The translations under genes and the position numbers were made by a program. A model generated the notes under the pieces. The model did not search any database, had not been told where the DNA came from, and saw only the letters and a program-made list of their open reading frames with translations. A stretch of 64,000 nucleotides of DNA from Octopus vulgaris (taxonomy: Eukaryota): positions 6,634,001 through 6,698,000 of the forward strand of contig OX597835.1 in NCBI GenBank assembly GCA_951406725.2. Reading direction: 5' to 3'. Below, in pieces: positions 41,063-56,610 of the stretch. Numbering within the stretch: position 1 is the first letter of the stretch; every line of letters begins with the position of its first letter.

Positions 41063-41228
41063 TGTGGAACACGACTATCACTACATAAACCTGAAGATTG
41101 CGTAACGCACGAAAGTACTAGTTTATTGTAAAATTGTAAAAGTTGTAAATAATAAAACGTGAAAATCAGACGAGGTTGGAATCTCATTGATTGATATATT
41201 CTTCTATACACAATCATACAAACTCGGA
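41062..41228 (+). mobile_element. Penelope-like terminal-repeat fragment inserted in (ATCT)n
   Basis: Unique insert of about 167 bp with (ATCT)n on both sides; contains a hammerhead core followed by AATAAA. Confidence 0.65.
41082..41130 (+). ncRNA. Minimal type-I hammerhead ribozyme
   Basis: Stem I ATAAAC/GTTTAT, core CTGAAGA, stem II TGCG-TAA-CGCA closed by T.C, GAAA, palindromic AGTACT helix III, CUA triplet. Confidence 0.8.
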
Positions 41229-41544
<316 letters not shown>

Positions 41545-42893
41545 ATGTATGTGTGTATGTATGCCTGTCTGTCTATCTATAAGATCAAAGTGCGATTACT
41601 TTGAACTTTAAACTGATGAGTCCCTCAACGGCCATTGGCTCACACATAACTACCAGCGTACTTACAATGTACCTAGAATATACCTGTAGCTCGGTGTCAG
41701 TTTGGTGCAGTTCGTCCTTGCATTAAACTATATAACCAAACCGTAACGCACCGCTGAAAGGTTAACGGAACACTTAGAAAATTTACAGCGCTGCTGCCAC
41801 CTACATCGGTGAGGCCCAACATTCGTGAAGCTTATTTACAGCTAGGGTGGACTGTGTTATTTATTGACACGCAAATGTTTTCGTTGCATTCGTATTGCAA
41901 TGCCGTCCAGAGGAGGCGAACCCTTGACTTCATACCTGCTTGGTGGTCAGACACACTCTCCGACCCCTCCACCACACATACAAGGAATGTTTTAGTTTTT
42001 TTGTTTTTAAACTTGCCTTTAAAAAGATTTTGCCTCCGGAGAGTTTCACGCGTAGTAGTGGCTGTGTGGTTTAGAAACTTTCTTCCAAACCATGTGGTCT
42101 CGGGTCCTACCCCACTGCGCGAAACCGTGGACAAGGGTCTTCTGCTATAGTCCCGTTAAGGCCTGTGGCTTAGTGGTTAGGACAAAAACAAACAAAAGAA
42201 AAAAGAAAACAATTGGCGAAGACGTTAGAGCGTTGGAAAGAATGTTTCGTAATATTTCTGACGAATCAAAACACCCTGAGTTCCAGTCACGCCGAGGCCA
42301 ATTTAGCTTTTCATTGCTTCGGGGATCGATTATAAAAGTACCAGTCCACGGCATTGGTCTGAGTGGAACTGTAAGACCATCTGGCCGGACACCTAGCGAT
42401 ATATGTTCCGGTTCTCGAATTAAGTTCGAATCCCACCCTGTCTCACTTGGGTGCTTGACGAAATCCATCACCGGGTTAAGCACCGTCAACAGGCACCATT
42501 CTGTAGAGTCCATTCTGTTGCAAGAATTAAGGCCAAGACTACCCCCCAACAACCCCACTCAGAGTGCCAGTCTCGAAGACCCTCTAAAAGGATATAGGTA
42601 CTACCTTACTTTCTGATTATTAGAGGAAACGAAAAAAAATTACCATTTATGGTGCCGGAGAAATATGGAATGTTCCAAAAACCACAGTAGATATTACCTC
42701 TTGAAATATATTTGGTTCCGTCTTTGTTAGAGGCAGGAACACGTGGCACAGTCTAATTATTCTTCACCCCACTCCACTCTCTTTTGCTTAATCCCTCTCC
42801 TTTCCCGCCTATGTATGCATATTATAGACATACACACATGTATACACACATAAATCCATGCATGCATACATACATATATATATATATGTGTAT

Positions 42894-42924
<31 letters not shown>

Positions 42925-43038
42925 CTCGTGCACACACACATACACACTCGCACATATATATATACATACATGCATACATATATAATCTAAACACATGTCC
43001 GTATGTATATATGTATGTATATGCATAAACATATATGC

Positions 43039-43122
<84 letters not shown>

Positions 43123-43200
43123 TATGTATGTGTATACATACATATATGCATAAATACATATGTATGAATATATATATATATATATGATTGTATGTACATG

Positions 43201-43270
<70 letters not shown>

Positions 43271-43454
43271 ACATACACACACACGCACAAACACACACAT
43301 ATATATATATATACATATATATATGTATATATATTTGACTTTTGGTTATGGTTTTGAGTGGGATGGGCTGCACTAAGTTGACACAAAACTGTAGGTACAC
43401 TCTAGGTACAGCGTTTCTTCTCTGAACTGAAGAGACTCATCAATTCATAGTTCG

Positions 43455-43517
<63 letters not shown>

Positions 43518-43629
43518 GCATACACACACGCACAATGTTTGTCATTATGTGAAGATATATATGAAAGCAATTTAAGATCAAAGTTTTAAGTAGAGTACAT
43601 GAGTACACATTTCTTCACTTTACAAGGAA

Positions 43630-43675
43630 GACGTTGATTGTGGCTTCAAGGTTTCGGCTTGCTTGCATTCATCAG
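43630..43675 (-). ncRNA. Degenerate hammerhead motif next to (TA)n
   Basis: Minus strand CTGATGA-A-TGC..GCC-GAAA, helix III ACCTTGA/TCAACGT, GUC triplet; stem I not evident. Confidence 0.5.
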
Positions 43676-43700
43676 ACGTCTATATATATATATGTGTGTG

Positions 43701-43788
<88 letters not shown>

Positions 43789-43966
43789 ATGTATGCATAT
43801 ACATATATATACATATATATACATACACATATATATAAATGACGCCAAGTTGATTTAGAATCTTTCATCTTTTGTACGTCTTCTAATTTACTAAAGGCAC
43901 TCTAAGGATTTTGTAATGCTTTAGTAATACGATAGATAGGCTTGTATATGTGTATATATATGTATG

Positions 43967-44055
<89 letters not shown>

Positions 44056-44098
44056 TATATATATAATATATATATATATACATATATGTATGTATATG

Positions 44099-44141
<43 letters not shown>

Positions 44142-44374
44142 CATATATGCATATACATATATTTATACATATACAAATATATAGTTTAAAACCGTTTGAT
44201 GCGACCGCTTACACCCGACGAACTAATTTCCTGCAACAATCCTACGAAACTTGCATGGGGGTCGGCTCAAGCTGTTTTATCATTCTATAAATGTGTTGAG
44301 TGTCTCTGCCTTTCGTTTGTCCACTCAGCATTATATCTATAAACATATTAATAAACATCCCACCTACGTACATA

Positions 44375-44605
44375 TATTTCTTTACTACCCACAAGGAGCT
44401 AAACATAGAGGGGACAAACAAGGACAGACAAAGGGAATAAGTCGATTACATAGACCCCAGTGCGAAACTGGTACTTTATTTATCGACCCAGAAAGGATGA
44501 AAGGCAAAGTCGACCTCGGCGGAATTTGAACTCAGAACATAACGGCAGACGAAATACGGCTACGCATTTCGCCCGGCGTGCTAACGTTTCTGCCAGCTCG
44601 CCACC
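44375..44605 (-). mobile_element. SINE family B, full length, with target-site duplication
   Basis: CCACCTACGTACATATA at 44360-44376 and 44601-44617 (partly overlapping the element ends). Confidence 0.92.
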
Positions 44606-44764
44606 TACGTACATATAAACATATAATCACACACACAAGCCCAAAATGCATACACACGCACTCGTACACACGCACTCGTACACACGCACTCGTACACACG
44701 CACTCGTACACACGCACTCGTAGAAGAGATATTTGCATGTTTTCTGAGCATCAAGCTTCATCTG

Positions 44765-44972
44765 GCTATTTCGGTCTGAGTTCCAATTCCGCCGAGATCA
44801 ACTTTAACTTTCATATTTTCGGGATCGATAAAATGAAATACCAATCAAATACTGGGGGTCAATATAATTGTCTAGCTCCTCCCCCGAAAAAATTTCGTGC
44901 CTCGTGTCATAATTTGAAACTATCAAAATACCTCCCACCCAAATTTCAGGCCTTGTGCCTATAGTAGAAAAG
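44765..44972 (+). mobile_element. SINE B variant with (ATT)n tail
   Basis: SINE B body plus alternative tail AAATTTCAGGCCTTGTGCCTATAGTAGAAAAG(ATT)n. Confidence 0.7.
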
Positions 44973-45163
<191 letters not shown>

Positions 45164-45202
45164 GTTGTTGTTGTTGTTGTTGTTGTTATTATTATTATTA
45201 TT

Positions 45203-45719
45203 GAGTGAGAGAGCAGTTCATGCCATCAAAGCGACACTGGGGTAAAATATACGAAGCCCAATATACCCATCATGACTACCCGTCTGATAAAGGTACACCA
45301 GGCACATGCATCACAACCATATGTGCGCGACATGGTGATCTCATATCAAGATAAACAGCACATGACCTTGCAGGTGGGGCCCAGTTAGAATTTTCTTCAG
45401 GTTGAGTAGCCCATCCCGCTCAAAAGGTCCCTGAATAAGGGTTGTTTAAGGATGTTGAAAGAACCACCCATGTTTCCAGAGGTGAATTATTCAAACCCCA
45501 AAGAATCCCTCTCAACACATGGCTATGATGCTCCCCCACTACTTCTGCTCGTGATCAGAGATGCACATATCGTCAGCCACAAAGGGACATGCTCAACTGG
45601 TTAAGGTCAAACAACTGACAAGCAAATCTGTGGTACTGAGCAGAATATTTGCTGTAGCCCATCTTTTATACCAAGACAAAACAATGTACATGATAACACT
45701 TCCAATCAGTTAAGATCAG

Positions 45720-45720
<1 letters not shown>
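45203..45720 (-). mobile_element. Family E element in (ATT)n
   Basis: Reverse complement of 23353-23847 with the same CTCTCTCACTC end. Confidence 0.88.
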
Positions 45721-45802
<82 letters not shown>

Positions 45803-46230
45803 CATCATCATCACGGCAGGGAGCACGCGCCAGGCAAAATCCCCTAGCGGTATTTCGTCCGTTTTTTTTTAAACACACTAATTTGAAATTCCGCCGAGGT
45901 CGACTTCGCCTTTTCATCCTTCCCGGGGAGGGGGGGTATAATGAAGTAACGTCTCTCTTTTTCAGAATTGCTGGCCTTGAGCCTTAATTAGAAACAATTT
46001 TTTCAATCCAAGATTTCTCGCGCAGTGACGCTGCAGTGAGAGAAGTGTTTGGCTTTGGACGTCTTCTAGTTTAAGCATTTAAATGGAAGTCAAATTATGG
46101 GACGAGGAGGTTTATTATCTCGTTACTTCAAAAACTGACCTGAATCGCTTCTCATATCTCCCAGCTTCCGCCTGGTCGGACAGGCTGTCGGTTGGAACTC
46201 TGGCGACAGACGGATGTGTGTCGTTGCTTC

Positions 46231-46263
46231 TGTTGTTGTTGTTGTTGTTGTTGTTGTTGACGT

Positions 46264-46310
<47 letters not shown>

Positions 46311-46351
46311 GTGATGGTGATGGTGACGATGGTGATGATGATAATGATGAC

Positions 46352-46385
<34 letters not shown>

Positions 46386-46415
46386 GTAATGGTGATGGTG
46401 ACGATGGTGAGGGTT

Positions 46416-46463
<48 letters not shown>

Positions 46464-46619
46464 TTGATGGTGACGATGATGATGATGATGATGATGATGA
46501 TGACGATGATGGTGATGGTGATGATGATGATGGTGACGATGGTGATGATGATGATGATGATGATTATGATGATGGTGATGGTGATGATGATGATGGTGAC
46601 GATGATGATGATGATGATA

Positions 46620-46655
<36 letters not shown>

Positions 46656-46739
46656 TTGATGGTGACGATGATGATGATGATGATGATGATGACGATGATG
46701 GTGATGGTGATGATGATGATGGTGACGATGGTGATGATT

Positions 46740-46803
<64 letters not shown>

Positions 46804-46993
46804 CGGTTATGATGATGATGATGATGATGGTAATGATGATGACGATGATGATGATGGTGACGATGGTGATGATGATGACGATGATAACTGTAGAGGTGCT
46901 GCTGCTGCTGATGTTGAGAGTAACGGTGATGATAACGATGATGATGATGATGATGATGATGGTAATTATGGCGATGGCAATGATGATAATGAT
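46231..46993. repeat. Long compound (GAT)n tract
   Basis: Directly visible; GGT/GAC variants form higher-order blocks. Confidence 0.97.
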
Positions 46994-47031
46994 GTACATA
47001 CACGTGTGTGCATGTGAGTGTATGTGTATAT

Positions 47032-47118
<87 letters not shown>

Positions 47119-47153
47119 CATATATATATATACATATATATATACAAAAATAT

Positions 47154-47185
<32 letters not shown>

Positions 47186-47247
47186 ATAATATATATATAT
47201 ATATATATATAATACATACAATATATATATATAATACATATATATAT

Positions 47248-47390
<143 letters not shown>

Positions 47391-47869
47391 TATATATATA
47401 TATATATACACAACCCTACCGAGACTCCAATTTCCTCCTTACACTACTACTTACTCTCCACATTTAACCATTCCACCTTTAAACTTCTCTGCATCATGAT
47501 CTGAAATGTAGGGTCGTTTCCTACCCAAATTGATGGAGGCTCGATATATCGCATGTCTATTCGCTTCCATTACGGCCTGCTCGTTTCAGTGAACTACAGC
47601 TCACAAACGTTATGATGCATGTCTGAGCTCCTCAGAAACATCTATTGGACTTGTATCACCTTACCTCTTCCACTTTGATTTTTCTCTGTCATTTGTACTC
47701 TGCGTAACTTAGATCTATTAATATATAAATATCTATATATTTATACTTAAATATTAATTGCCTGAAAGTCTTCAGTTTATAGTTTCTCTTGTTTTGTATG
47801 TATATACGTTCTTGTTTTTTTTATGTATACATATAGCGGCGTACGTACGCCTTTTGCTCAGCTTGTAAG

Positions 47870-47908
<39 letters not shown>

Positions 47909-47999
47909 GCATTTCTTTTATATCAAACCCAAGTGGTTATATTTAGTTTGTTTATCCGCATAATTGCTGTCTGTCTATATATTTACACACACACACACG

Positions 48000-48046
<47 letters not shown>

Positions 48047-49322
48047 AATTTACATATACGAACACACTCACTCAGACACACACATACACACATACGCACA
48101 CAAACACACTCACACATGCATGTACACACACGAACGCACGCGTGCACACATACACACAAACACACACATATGGACGCACACATGCACATACACATTATAG
48201 ACTCACGCAGACGTACACCGATACAGACGATAAATGTTAAATAAACACATTTACTCGAATTACACGCCACAGTTAGATTATATACAATGTCATTGTACTT
48301 CATATAAGAGCTGTTTGGATTGGCAAAGTCGGTAGAGCATCGGACAAAATGGCTCAGTACGTATTTTGTTGGACAGAATTGCGGACTATTCCCTGGGAGG
48401 CGAGCGAACGCGTATGAATACTCGTTCATTGGCGGAAGAGCAAATTGGTATATTAATACGCCGCGTCTTTTTGGAGGAGGTATTTGCGTGTTTTCTAAGT
48501 ATCGGGTTCTTGGTTTCGGTTACACAATGTCTTGTCGTCATTGGATACCAGAGATGTGGGTTTCTGGAATATTGTTTCTGGTCCTTGTTTTCAATAATTC
48601 CAAAAATTCTTTTAATTGCTTTTCCATGAATGCTGTACGTGTGTGTGTATGTATGTGTGAGTGTGTATGTATGCATGTGTGTCTATATGTATGTGTGTAT
48701 GCATGCATGCATGTATATGTATGTATGTGTGCATGTATGCATGTGCGTGTATTTGTATGCGTGTATTTGTATGCGTGTATGCGTGTATGTATGTGTGTTT
48801 GTATGTATGTTTCCATGAATGTTGTATGTGTATGTAGATGCATGTGTATATGTATATGTGCATGTATGTGTGTATGTATATGTATATGAATGTGTGCATA
48901 TATGCATGTTTCGGTATATATGTTTGCAAGTATGTTTACATGCATGTATGTATGTGTAGGATACGTGTGTCTATATATGTGTGTATGCATGTGTGCATAT
49001 ATTATGTATGTATGTATGTATGTATGTATGTATGTATGTATGTATGTATGTATGAATGTATGTGTATGCATGTATGTATGCATGTGTGTATGTATATTTG
49101 AATGTGTGCATACATGTATATAATGCATATAGGTGTGTATATATATATGTATTATGTTTGTATGTATGTATAGGGTTCCGTGTGTGTATGTATGTGTGTG
49201 TACATGTGCGTGTATGTATATATGTGTTTGTACGTGTGCGCGTGTGTATATTAAATATGTGTGTATTATGGGTGTATGTATGCATTTATATTACATATGT
49301 GTATATATATATGTATATCATG

Positions 49323-49354
<32 letters not shown>

Positions 49355-49816
49355 TGTATGTATGTATGTATGTATGTATGTGTTTGTGTGTGTGTGTATG
49401 TATTTGTGTATGTATGTATCTATCAATATGCGTGTGAATGAGTGTCTAATTTAAATTAAATGCAAACGAGAACAGTAACGTTATCGCATTAGCAACGAAA
49501 GTATCAAACAAGACAGAGAACAGCAAAACGAAACCAAAGAAAACAAAAACGAAAACCAAAAACCAAAAAAAAAAAATTGCAACGAGACCTAAGGAGCAAC
49601 ATGTTAAACATATGTTGTCTTCAGAATGGCTTTGAAAATTTAAACAGATTTTCTCACATCTTAAATGTCTCAAAAATCGTTAAACACACGCAGACAGACA
49701 GACACACACACGCACACACACACAAATATATACAGTCGCATACACATAGTTACATATATATATATTTATATACATATGTATAAAAGTACATATATGTATT
49801 TATATAGATATATATA

Positions 49817-49866
<50 letters not shown>

Positions 49867-49900
49867 ATGCACACACACACACACACATATATATACATGT

Positions 49901-49960
<60 letters not shown>

Positions 49961-50122
49961 AGATACATTTCTATACATATGTATACATGTGTATATATAA
50001 ATGTATATACGTATATATATTTATATATATGTATGTATATATATATATGTATGTATGTATGTATCTATATATAAATAGTTGCATTTATATGTATATACCT
50101 CTATATACATATGATGCATATG

Positions 50123-50156
<34 letters not shown>

Positions 50157-51698
50157 CGTATGTATGTGTATACACACACACACACACACTATCTCTCTCA
50201 CACCCATACAAACATTCTAAACCTACGCAGTTGTGTACCGATACGGACGATAAATGTTACATACATTTACGTGATATGTTTGAATTATATGTCACAGTTA
50301 CATTATATTGTAATATATATGTACACAAATATATGTATTCGTAAATGTACACAAAAATGTAAACATACATACGAAGATAAACGCATATTCACAGACACCG
50401 AACAGTTCAGCAAAAATGATGCCATAAAATATGTAAGAGAGAACCCAATACGGTGTAGCGAAAAAATACATGTATTGCTACAGATTAAAATGGACATAAT
50501 TTTTGCTACATTAAAGTTTCACCTAATGGAATTGCAAAACCACATCAATGACGATAATGGCAGTTTGTTTGTGTCCGAGGTTCAGATGGAAGAGAGGTTG
50601 CTTGAATGCAGATTTGAGGCTGCGACGGGCGGTACCATGCAGTAGCTGTTGTTTTCGGCTCTTGTCCGTCGCCGTAGGGCTTTCCTTTCTGCTTGTACTT
50701 AGTAGTTGGAAACTGAGAGACAGTCAGCGCAACCCGATCTCACTCTTCAGACTTGGAGGTCTGACCACAGTGGCCCTGTAGGCAAAGACGGCTGCGGGAA
50801 CTAGAAAACTGCAGGTTTTACATTGGCGCGGTATTGGCTCTGTGGATTAAGACAGCTACAAGAACCAGAAAACTAGGTTTTACATTGGCGCGGTATTCTT
50901 ACAGAGCTGGAGAACTCCACCTACTCTAGAATTGTCGAAAGGTTGTCAGTGTGGGCACCGGGACACTCGACAGTTCCTATTACTTGATTTGTTGTCGAGG
51001 TTGACTTCCTTGGCTTTTTCCTTTCCGAAGGCACTCACAAGTCAGTGAGGGTTTGTGCTTGAATTTTCTTCCATAATATGCTGTTTAAGTCATGACTGAG
51101 ATTCTGACAGGTGCTACTTCTAGGGGGTCAAAGAAAACCTGGAGATAATAGTGATTAACAAGTGGTTCCACACCCCTCAAAGCACTGGAACTTTCGAACC
51201 AGGGACCCACGACCAGATGCAGTTTAATATCATACCCAGGAAAAATGAACGACAATAATTATAAAGAAATTCACAGATCATCAAGTGAAGACTGCTTGTT
51301 AGTGCAATCCTGAATAATTCTCTCTAATTTAGCTGCAAGGTCTGACGTTTTTAGGAGACTGGTCTTATATTTAATCAACCCGAACGGATCAGAGGCAAAG
51401 TTGAACTCAGCGGGTTTTGAACTCTGAAAGTAAAGAATCGAAAGAAACAACGCACGGCATTTTGTGTGACGGTGTAACGAGTCAGTCAGCTAACCGTCTT
51501 TTGAACGGGTTTTTATGTAATACATATAATGTAGGGATGGGTTGGAGCGTACTTGTAGAGCTTATATTAAGCTTATCTCATGTGAACGAAGTAAAGGTCA
51601 TCTTAAATTTACAGCGGAACGGTGATAAAACTTGTTTAGTATAATTAAGTTATCTTCCCTGGTTTTCATACACACACGTGTATGTATGTAAAAATGTG

Positions 51699-51749
<51 letters not shown>

Positions 51750-51830
51750 GCACATCTATATACACATAATATATGTATATATCATATGTATAAAGACACA
51801 CACATATATATGCGTATATATATATATATA

Positions 51831-52005
51831 GGGAGAATTCACAAAAACAACAACAAAAGACGAAGACAGGTGGTGTAGACAACAAACAGATGTATTAGTA
51901 TAACGCTCTGGAAGTGGAAAAGTCTTTAACATTTCGAGTCTACGCTCTTCCACAGAAAGGAACACAGATAGAAGCAATGAGAGAATATAAAAAAATGTGT
52001 AGTGG

Positions 52006-52006
<1 letters not shown>
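51831..52006 (-). mobile_element. (TA)n-embedded short element H1
   Basis: Near-identical to the 16798 copy; (TA)n on both sides. Confidence 0.78.
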
Positions 52007-52053
<47 letters not shown>

Positions 52054-52539
52054 TTATATAAATTAGGATAATAACACATCCATACGATTTTAAGAAAAGA
52101 AAAGCCCTTTAAAAACAGGAATAATCTGAAGCAGTTCACAATGGCCAACACCATCAGCAGCATTGTCATTGCTTCCACTTCAACCGCATACACCGCCATC
52201 AGTGTTATCATGATGGTTATCTTGACAGTCACTTTCACCACCACAACCAGTATAACCACTGCAATACCACCATCACACAACTAACACTATCATCAACACC
52301 ACTATTACCACCATCACCTCAGCATCACACATCACACCGCTCCTGCCGCCATTATAACCACCGATACTATTTTATCCTCCTCCCATACTTATCTCGACCA
52401 TCGTCATCATCAACACTGTCTCTAAACAGCAACGCCACCATAGGTTACGTGGAAACAATATGTTTTCAAGGGAGATAATCAAGGAACGTAACATTGTAAT
52501 ACTTCATGTAAAGTAAATATAACAAAAGAAAAATCCTAC

Positions 52540-52724
52540 AAGAATCCATAAAAATTCCCGGATCACCATGAAAATCTCACCATCTATTCCTTGTGTCATT
52601 ACTAACTTTTTCTACAAGTTTCATTGAAAACCATTCACAGCTTTTTGAGTTATTTTGCACACAGACGGACAGACGGACAAACCAACGCCAATGAAAACAT
52701 AACCTCCTTCCTTGGCGGAGGTAA
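52540..52724 (-). mobile_element. Helentron-associated (DINE-1/HINE-like) non-autonomous element, partial
   Basis: Terminal hairpin ACCTCC...GGAGGT next to AAAACATA and a (GACG/GACA) microsatellite, a typical HINE architecture. Confidence 0.6.
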
Positions 52725-52786
52725 TAATAATATTCATATGTAGATAATTATATCAAGGGGTCAAGTGCGAAAACGACCTAACTCCA

Positions 52787-52877
<91 letters not shown>

Positions 52878-53150
52878 ATATATATATATAAATATATTTT
52901 TATAAATTATTTTTATTGCTGCAAAAGACGAAACTGCAGTATAAGATGAACCGAGTTAGTAAAAGTTTTTATTTTCATTTCACTAAATTTATCAAGCTTC
53001 TGTGTATCTAGCACATACTTCGCCTTTTAATGTACTTATATATGAATAATATATGGCCTGTGCTAGAACACCGGCGATAATAATTAATTTTATTTTATCG
53101 CATTTTGACTTTGTTTATATATAAATATATATATATATATATCTATATCT

Positions 53151-53272
<122 letters not shown>

Positions 53273-54328
53273 TATTACCAATGTATCTCTCAAAGGCGAA
53301 TCCAGCTACAAATAATATCTTACAATACGTCGGATTTAAAAAAATCAATCCTCGGGTGGGAAAATATCAACACCAGTTCTATGCGTGTTGATGTGTGCTG
53401 ATGGGTGCTGATATCTGTCAAACGGATAATTCATGGATTATCACCACTCTATGAATTATCGCTTTACGAGACATCAAAACGCACCAGCAAATAAATTGTT
53501 TAATTATTTTTATAAACAAAAGAGTCGTGTCCTTTTTAACTTCATAGGCCAAGCGGTGTAGCTCTGACTAAGACGACACACGATAAGGTCAAAACGCCAC
53601 GGTGCCCTTACGTCTTCTTACAACGGTGAATGGCTTGTTAATTTACACATGGTCACAAGGAAGCTGTTTGCTGATCATATTCGCATCAGAGTCTGCCAGA
53701 GAGTATTAAGAATAAATGGTTATGTCATTGCTTGGATTCACACTTTTCTTTATCCACTCCAGGAATCAATAACTGAATAACATCACCACGCGTTGTCAAA
53801 TAATTTGTTTGTTGATTTCTTCAGGGGAAAGAAAAAAATCATGTGCTCTTATGAGATTGATCGAAGAAACACTCTGGTCAATACGATGTTTGAGGAGACA
53901 CACTGGTCAAAACAGCGTGGCCTCTCAAAGTCTCCTGCGTGCGTTATAAACACACATCAGCTAAAGGTAGATGTTCTCCGATGACGAAAAACCAGAACGA
54001 TCAAATATTCATAACAAAATCTGCCAGAACGTACCAAAATGAATAGATTGTATAATACATAAATACATACATACATATATACATACATACATACATACAT
54101 ACATACATACATACATACATACATACATACATACATACATACATACATACATACATGCATACATACATAGATACATAGATACATACATACATACATGCAT
54201 ACATACATACATACATGCATGCATACATAGATAGATAGATAGATAGATACATGCATACATACATGCATACATACATATATACATACATACATGCATGCAT
54301 GCATACATACATACATACATACATACAT

Positions 54329-54364
<36 letters not shown>

Positions 54365-54493
54365 GCACACATATACATATCTGTATTAGAGCACACATAT
54401 ATATCTTCATAAGTATATACATACATACATGCATACATACACACATACACACATATACATACATGCACATACACACACACACACATAGATACA

Positions 54494-54920
54494 TACTGGT
54501 GGAACATTCCCATCAAAACGTATCTCAGTGTAAACATAAGAAACCAGATATCATTGTTTGAGACAAACAAGCAAAAGTATGTAGCATCAATGGCGGTGCC
54601 CCAGCATGGCCACAGCTCGTGAGCTGAAACTAGAATCAATCAATCAATCAATCAATCACAGGAGTTAGCTGTCCTGCTGATGTGAAAATCTCTTTGAAAA
54701 TAAAAAAAAAAATATGAGAATGACAATTGACAACTACTTGGAAGTCTCCAGATTAGAAATTCGCATTTATGCCAATAATAATTGGTGCACTAACTCTCAG
54801 TGTGGATAAGCTTGGATTTTCAGAAAAAGAAATCAATCTAAACTAATTCGAACATTACATATACGATCTGTAAGTGGAACAGTAAAAACATGCAAGACTT
54901 TTCTCAAATTTAAAATGTAA
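54494..54920 (+). pseudogene. Diverged R4-like RLE fragment following (CATA)n
   Basis: YWWNIPIKT..CKHKKPDIIV (RLE PD motif)...PIIIGAL...SGTVKTCKTFLKFKM; interrupted by a SINE A tail fragment. Confidence 0.7.
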
Positions 54921-55017
54921 TCTTTTTTTCTTCTTGTAATCTTAGCTTTGTATCTTAGAAACCAACTTCTTCTCCAGAGAAAGAATTTAAAAAACATAAG
55001 AGAACACACATACACAT

Positions 55018-55108
<91 letters not shown>

Positions 55109-55844
55109 GATACATATGTATATATGATACCTTAAAATCTTAAGTTAATAGCTAATAATTGATCACGTGTGAATGACTAAACTAAAATGCCAATAATGTT
55201 TTAGAATATAGCCTTCACTGTTGCTATGTGCTCTTATGTGAATGTGAATGACTGAACTAAAATGCCAATAGTGCTTAGAATATATTCTCTATTGTTGCTA
55301 TGTACAATATCTGCTCTTATATAAGATATGAGTAGCCAAAGCTATCATTAATCATGTGTGAAAGAATATATTAAACATAAATACTGTTTAGAGCAAATAG
55401 TTCATAGCGGATACTTAAGAGTTCTTGTATAATGCATAAGTAGGTAAATATTTTGATAAAGTGTCAGCCATAGTAACTCTGTTTTTATTCATGTGGTTCC
55501 CGCTTCTGTTTATGCTTGGTATGCTGTCAAGCGAAGGCGATACTGGTTTCTTTTTAAAATTGACAACATACTGCACCAGTGATCAAAACATCTAATTTTC
55601 TATGGTTTAACTCTGTAAAACTTAAGACAGCGTTGTAAAACTGGTTACAGTAATCGCTTGCAGGAGTGAGGTAAAATCGACGGGTGTTTCCTTGGTTTAT
55701 AGTACTGAGTACAATAAGACATTTCTTAGGTTTCCACCCATAAATGAGGTTGGCTTCCATTGATACTCTACGGCAGGTTTCGTGCTATTTTAACCTTACT
55801 CAAACACGATGTTATTCTTTAACCCTCAGGTAATCTATGAACCG

Positions 55845-56108
55845 TGAAAGTGTGTGGCTTGGTGGTTAGGGTATATTTGGCTCACGAATACACCCTAATC
55901 GTGAGTTCGATTCCCGGTGGTGCCTTGTGTCCTTCAGCAAGACACTTAAATTCTCGTTGCTCCTGTCCACTCAGATAGTAAAATCAAGTAGTACTTGCGT
56001 TTCATGCCATATCTTGTGTCACGCTGAATCTCTCTGAGAACTACATGAAGTGTACACTTGTCTGTTGAGTGCTCAGCCACTTTTCCGTTAATTTCATGAG
56101 CAAGCTGT
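55845..56108 (+). mobile_element. Diverged tRNA/CORE SINE sharing its 3' half with SINE C
   Basis: GAGTTCGATTCC B-box, GTGTCCTTCAGCAAGACACTT, then GTCACGCTGAATC...GAGTGCTCAGCCACTT. Confidence 0.75.
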
Positions 56109-56224
56109 TAATTATAAATATAAAATAGGACTTTTTAAAATACCGAATGGCCAATTGGGTCCACCCAAGTATAATAGGAGTAAAAGGAGTCTATAGTAAA
56201 AAAATGGTTGAGAATCGTTGGTCT

Positions 56225-56610
56225 ATCCCGCGAATACCGTATGCAACTTTCACCAATTCCTTTTCTGCGCAGCCATTTTCTCGATGTTGTAGGATCTTGT
56301 CTTCTTTTCTACTTACTTTACTAAGTTTACTTTAAGCGTCCTCAAGTCCAGATTTATATCCGCATTTAGAATTTCTTGTCCAAATCGTCTACGAATTCTC
56401 CGATAAGAACTAAGTCATCAACATGTTGGAGTTTTCAAGAATTGTTTATAAAGAGCTATGATGAACAGGAGGAGATAAGGACTGAACCCTGATATATCGC
56501 GACCTGCACGGTGAATTCATTGCTAAACCTCATCCTGCTAATCGTCATCTCCATATAACCCTCACAAGACGTTTAACTATGCCTAGCTTCCTAAAAAACA
56601 ACCAGATTAT
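56225..56610 (-). pseudogene. RTE-group RT fragment
   Basis: RKLGI..LVRVI, SNEFTVQV..YQGSVL, LLFIIAL, VDDLVLI, LKVNL. Confidence 0.7.

Noticed and set aside
41613-41640. CTGATGAG resembling a hammerhead 5' core
   Set aside because: No stem II partner or GAAA downstream
48320-48889. 189-aa ORF with a complex N-terminus
   Set aside because: It starts in a SINE-like head, runs into microsatellite, and has no recognisable domain
52930-52941. GAAACTGCAGTA palindromic hammerhead-like 3' half
   Set aside because: No CTGANGA core upstream
53564-53614. CTGACTA-A-GAC...GTC-AAAACG...CGTC degenerate hammerhead-like pattern
   Set aside because: Both core segments are mutated and it is single-copy here; could be chance
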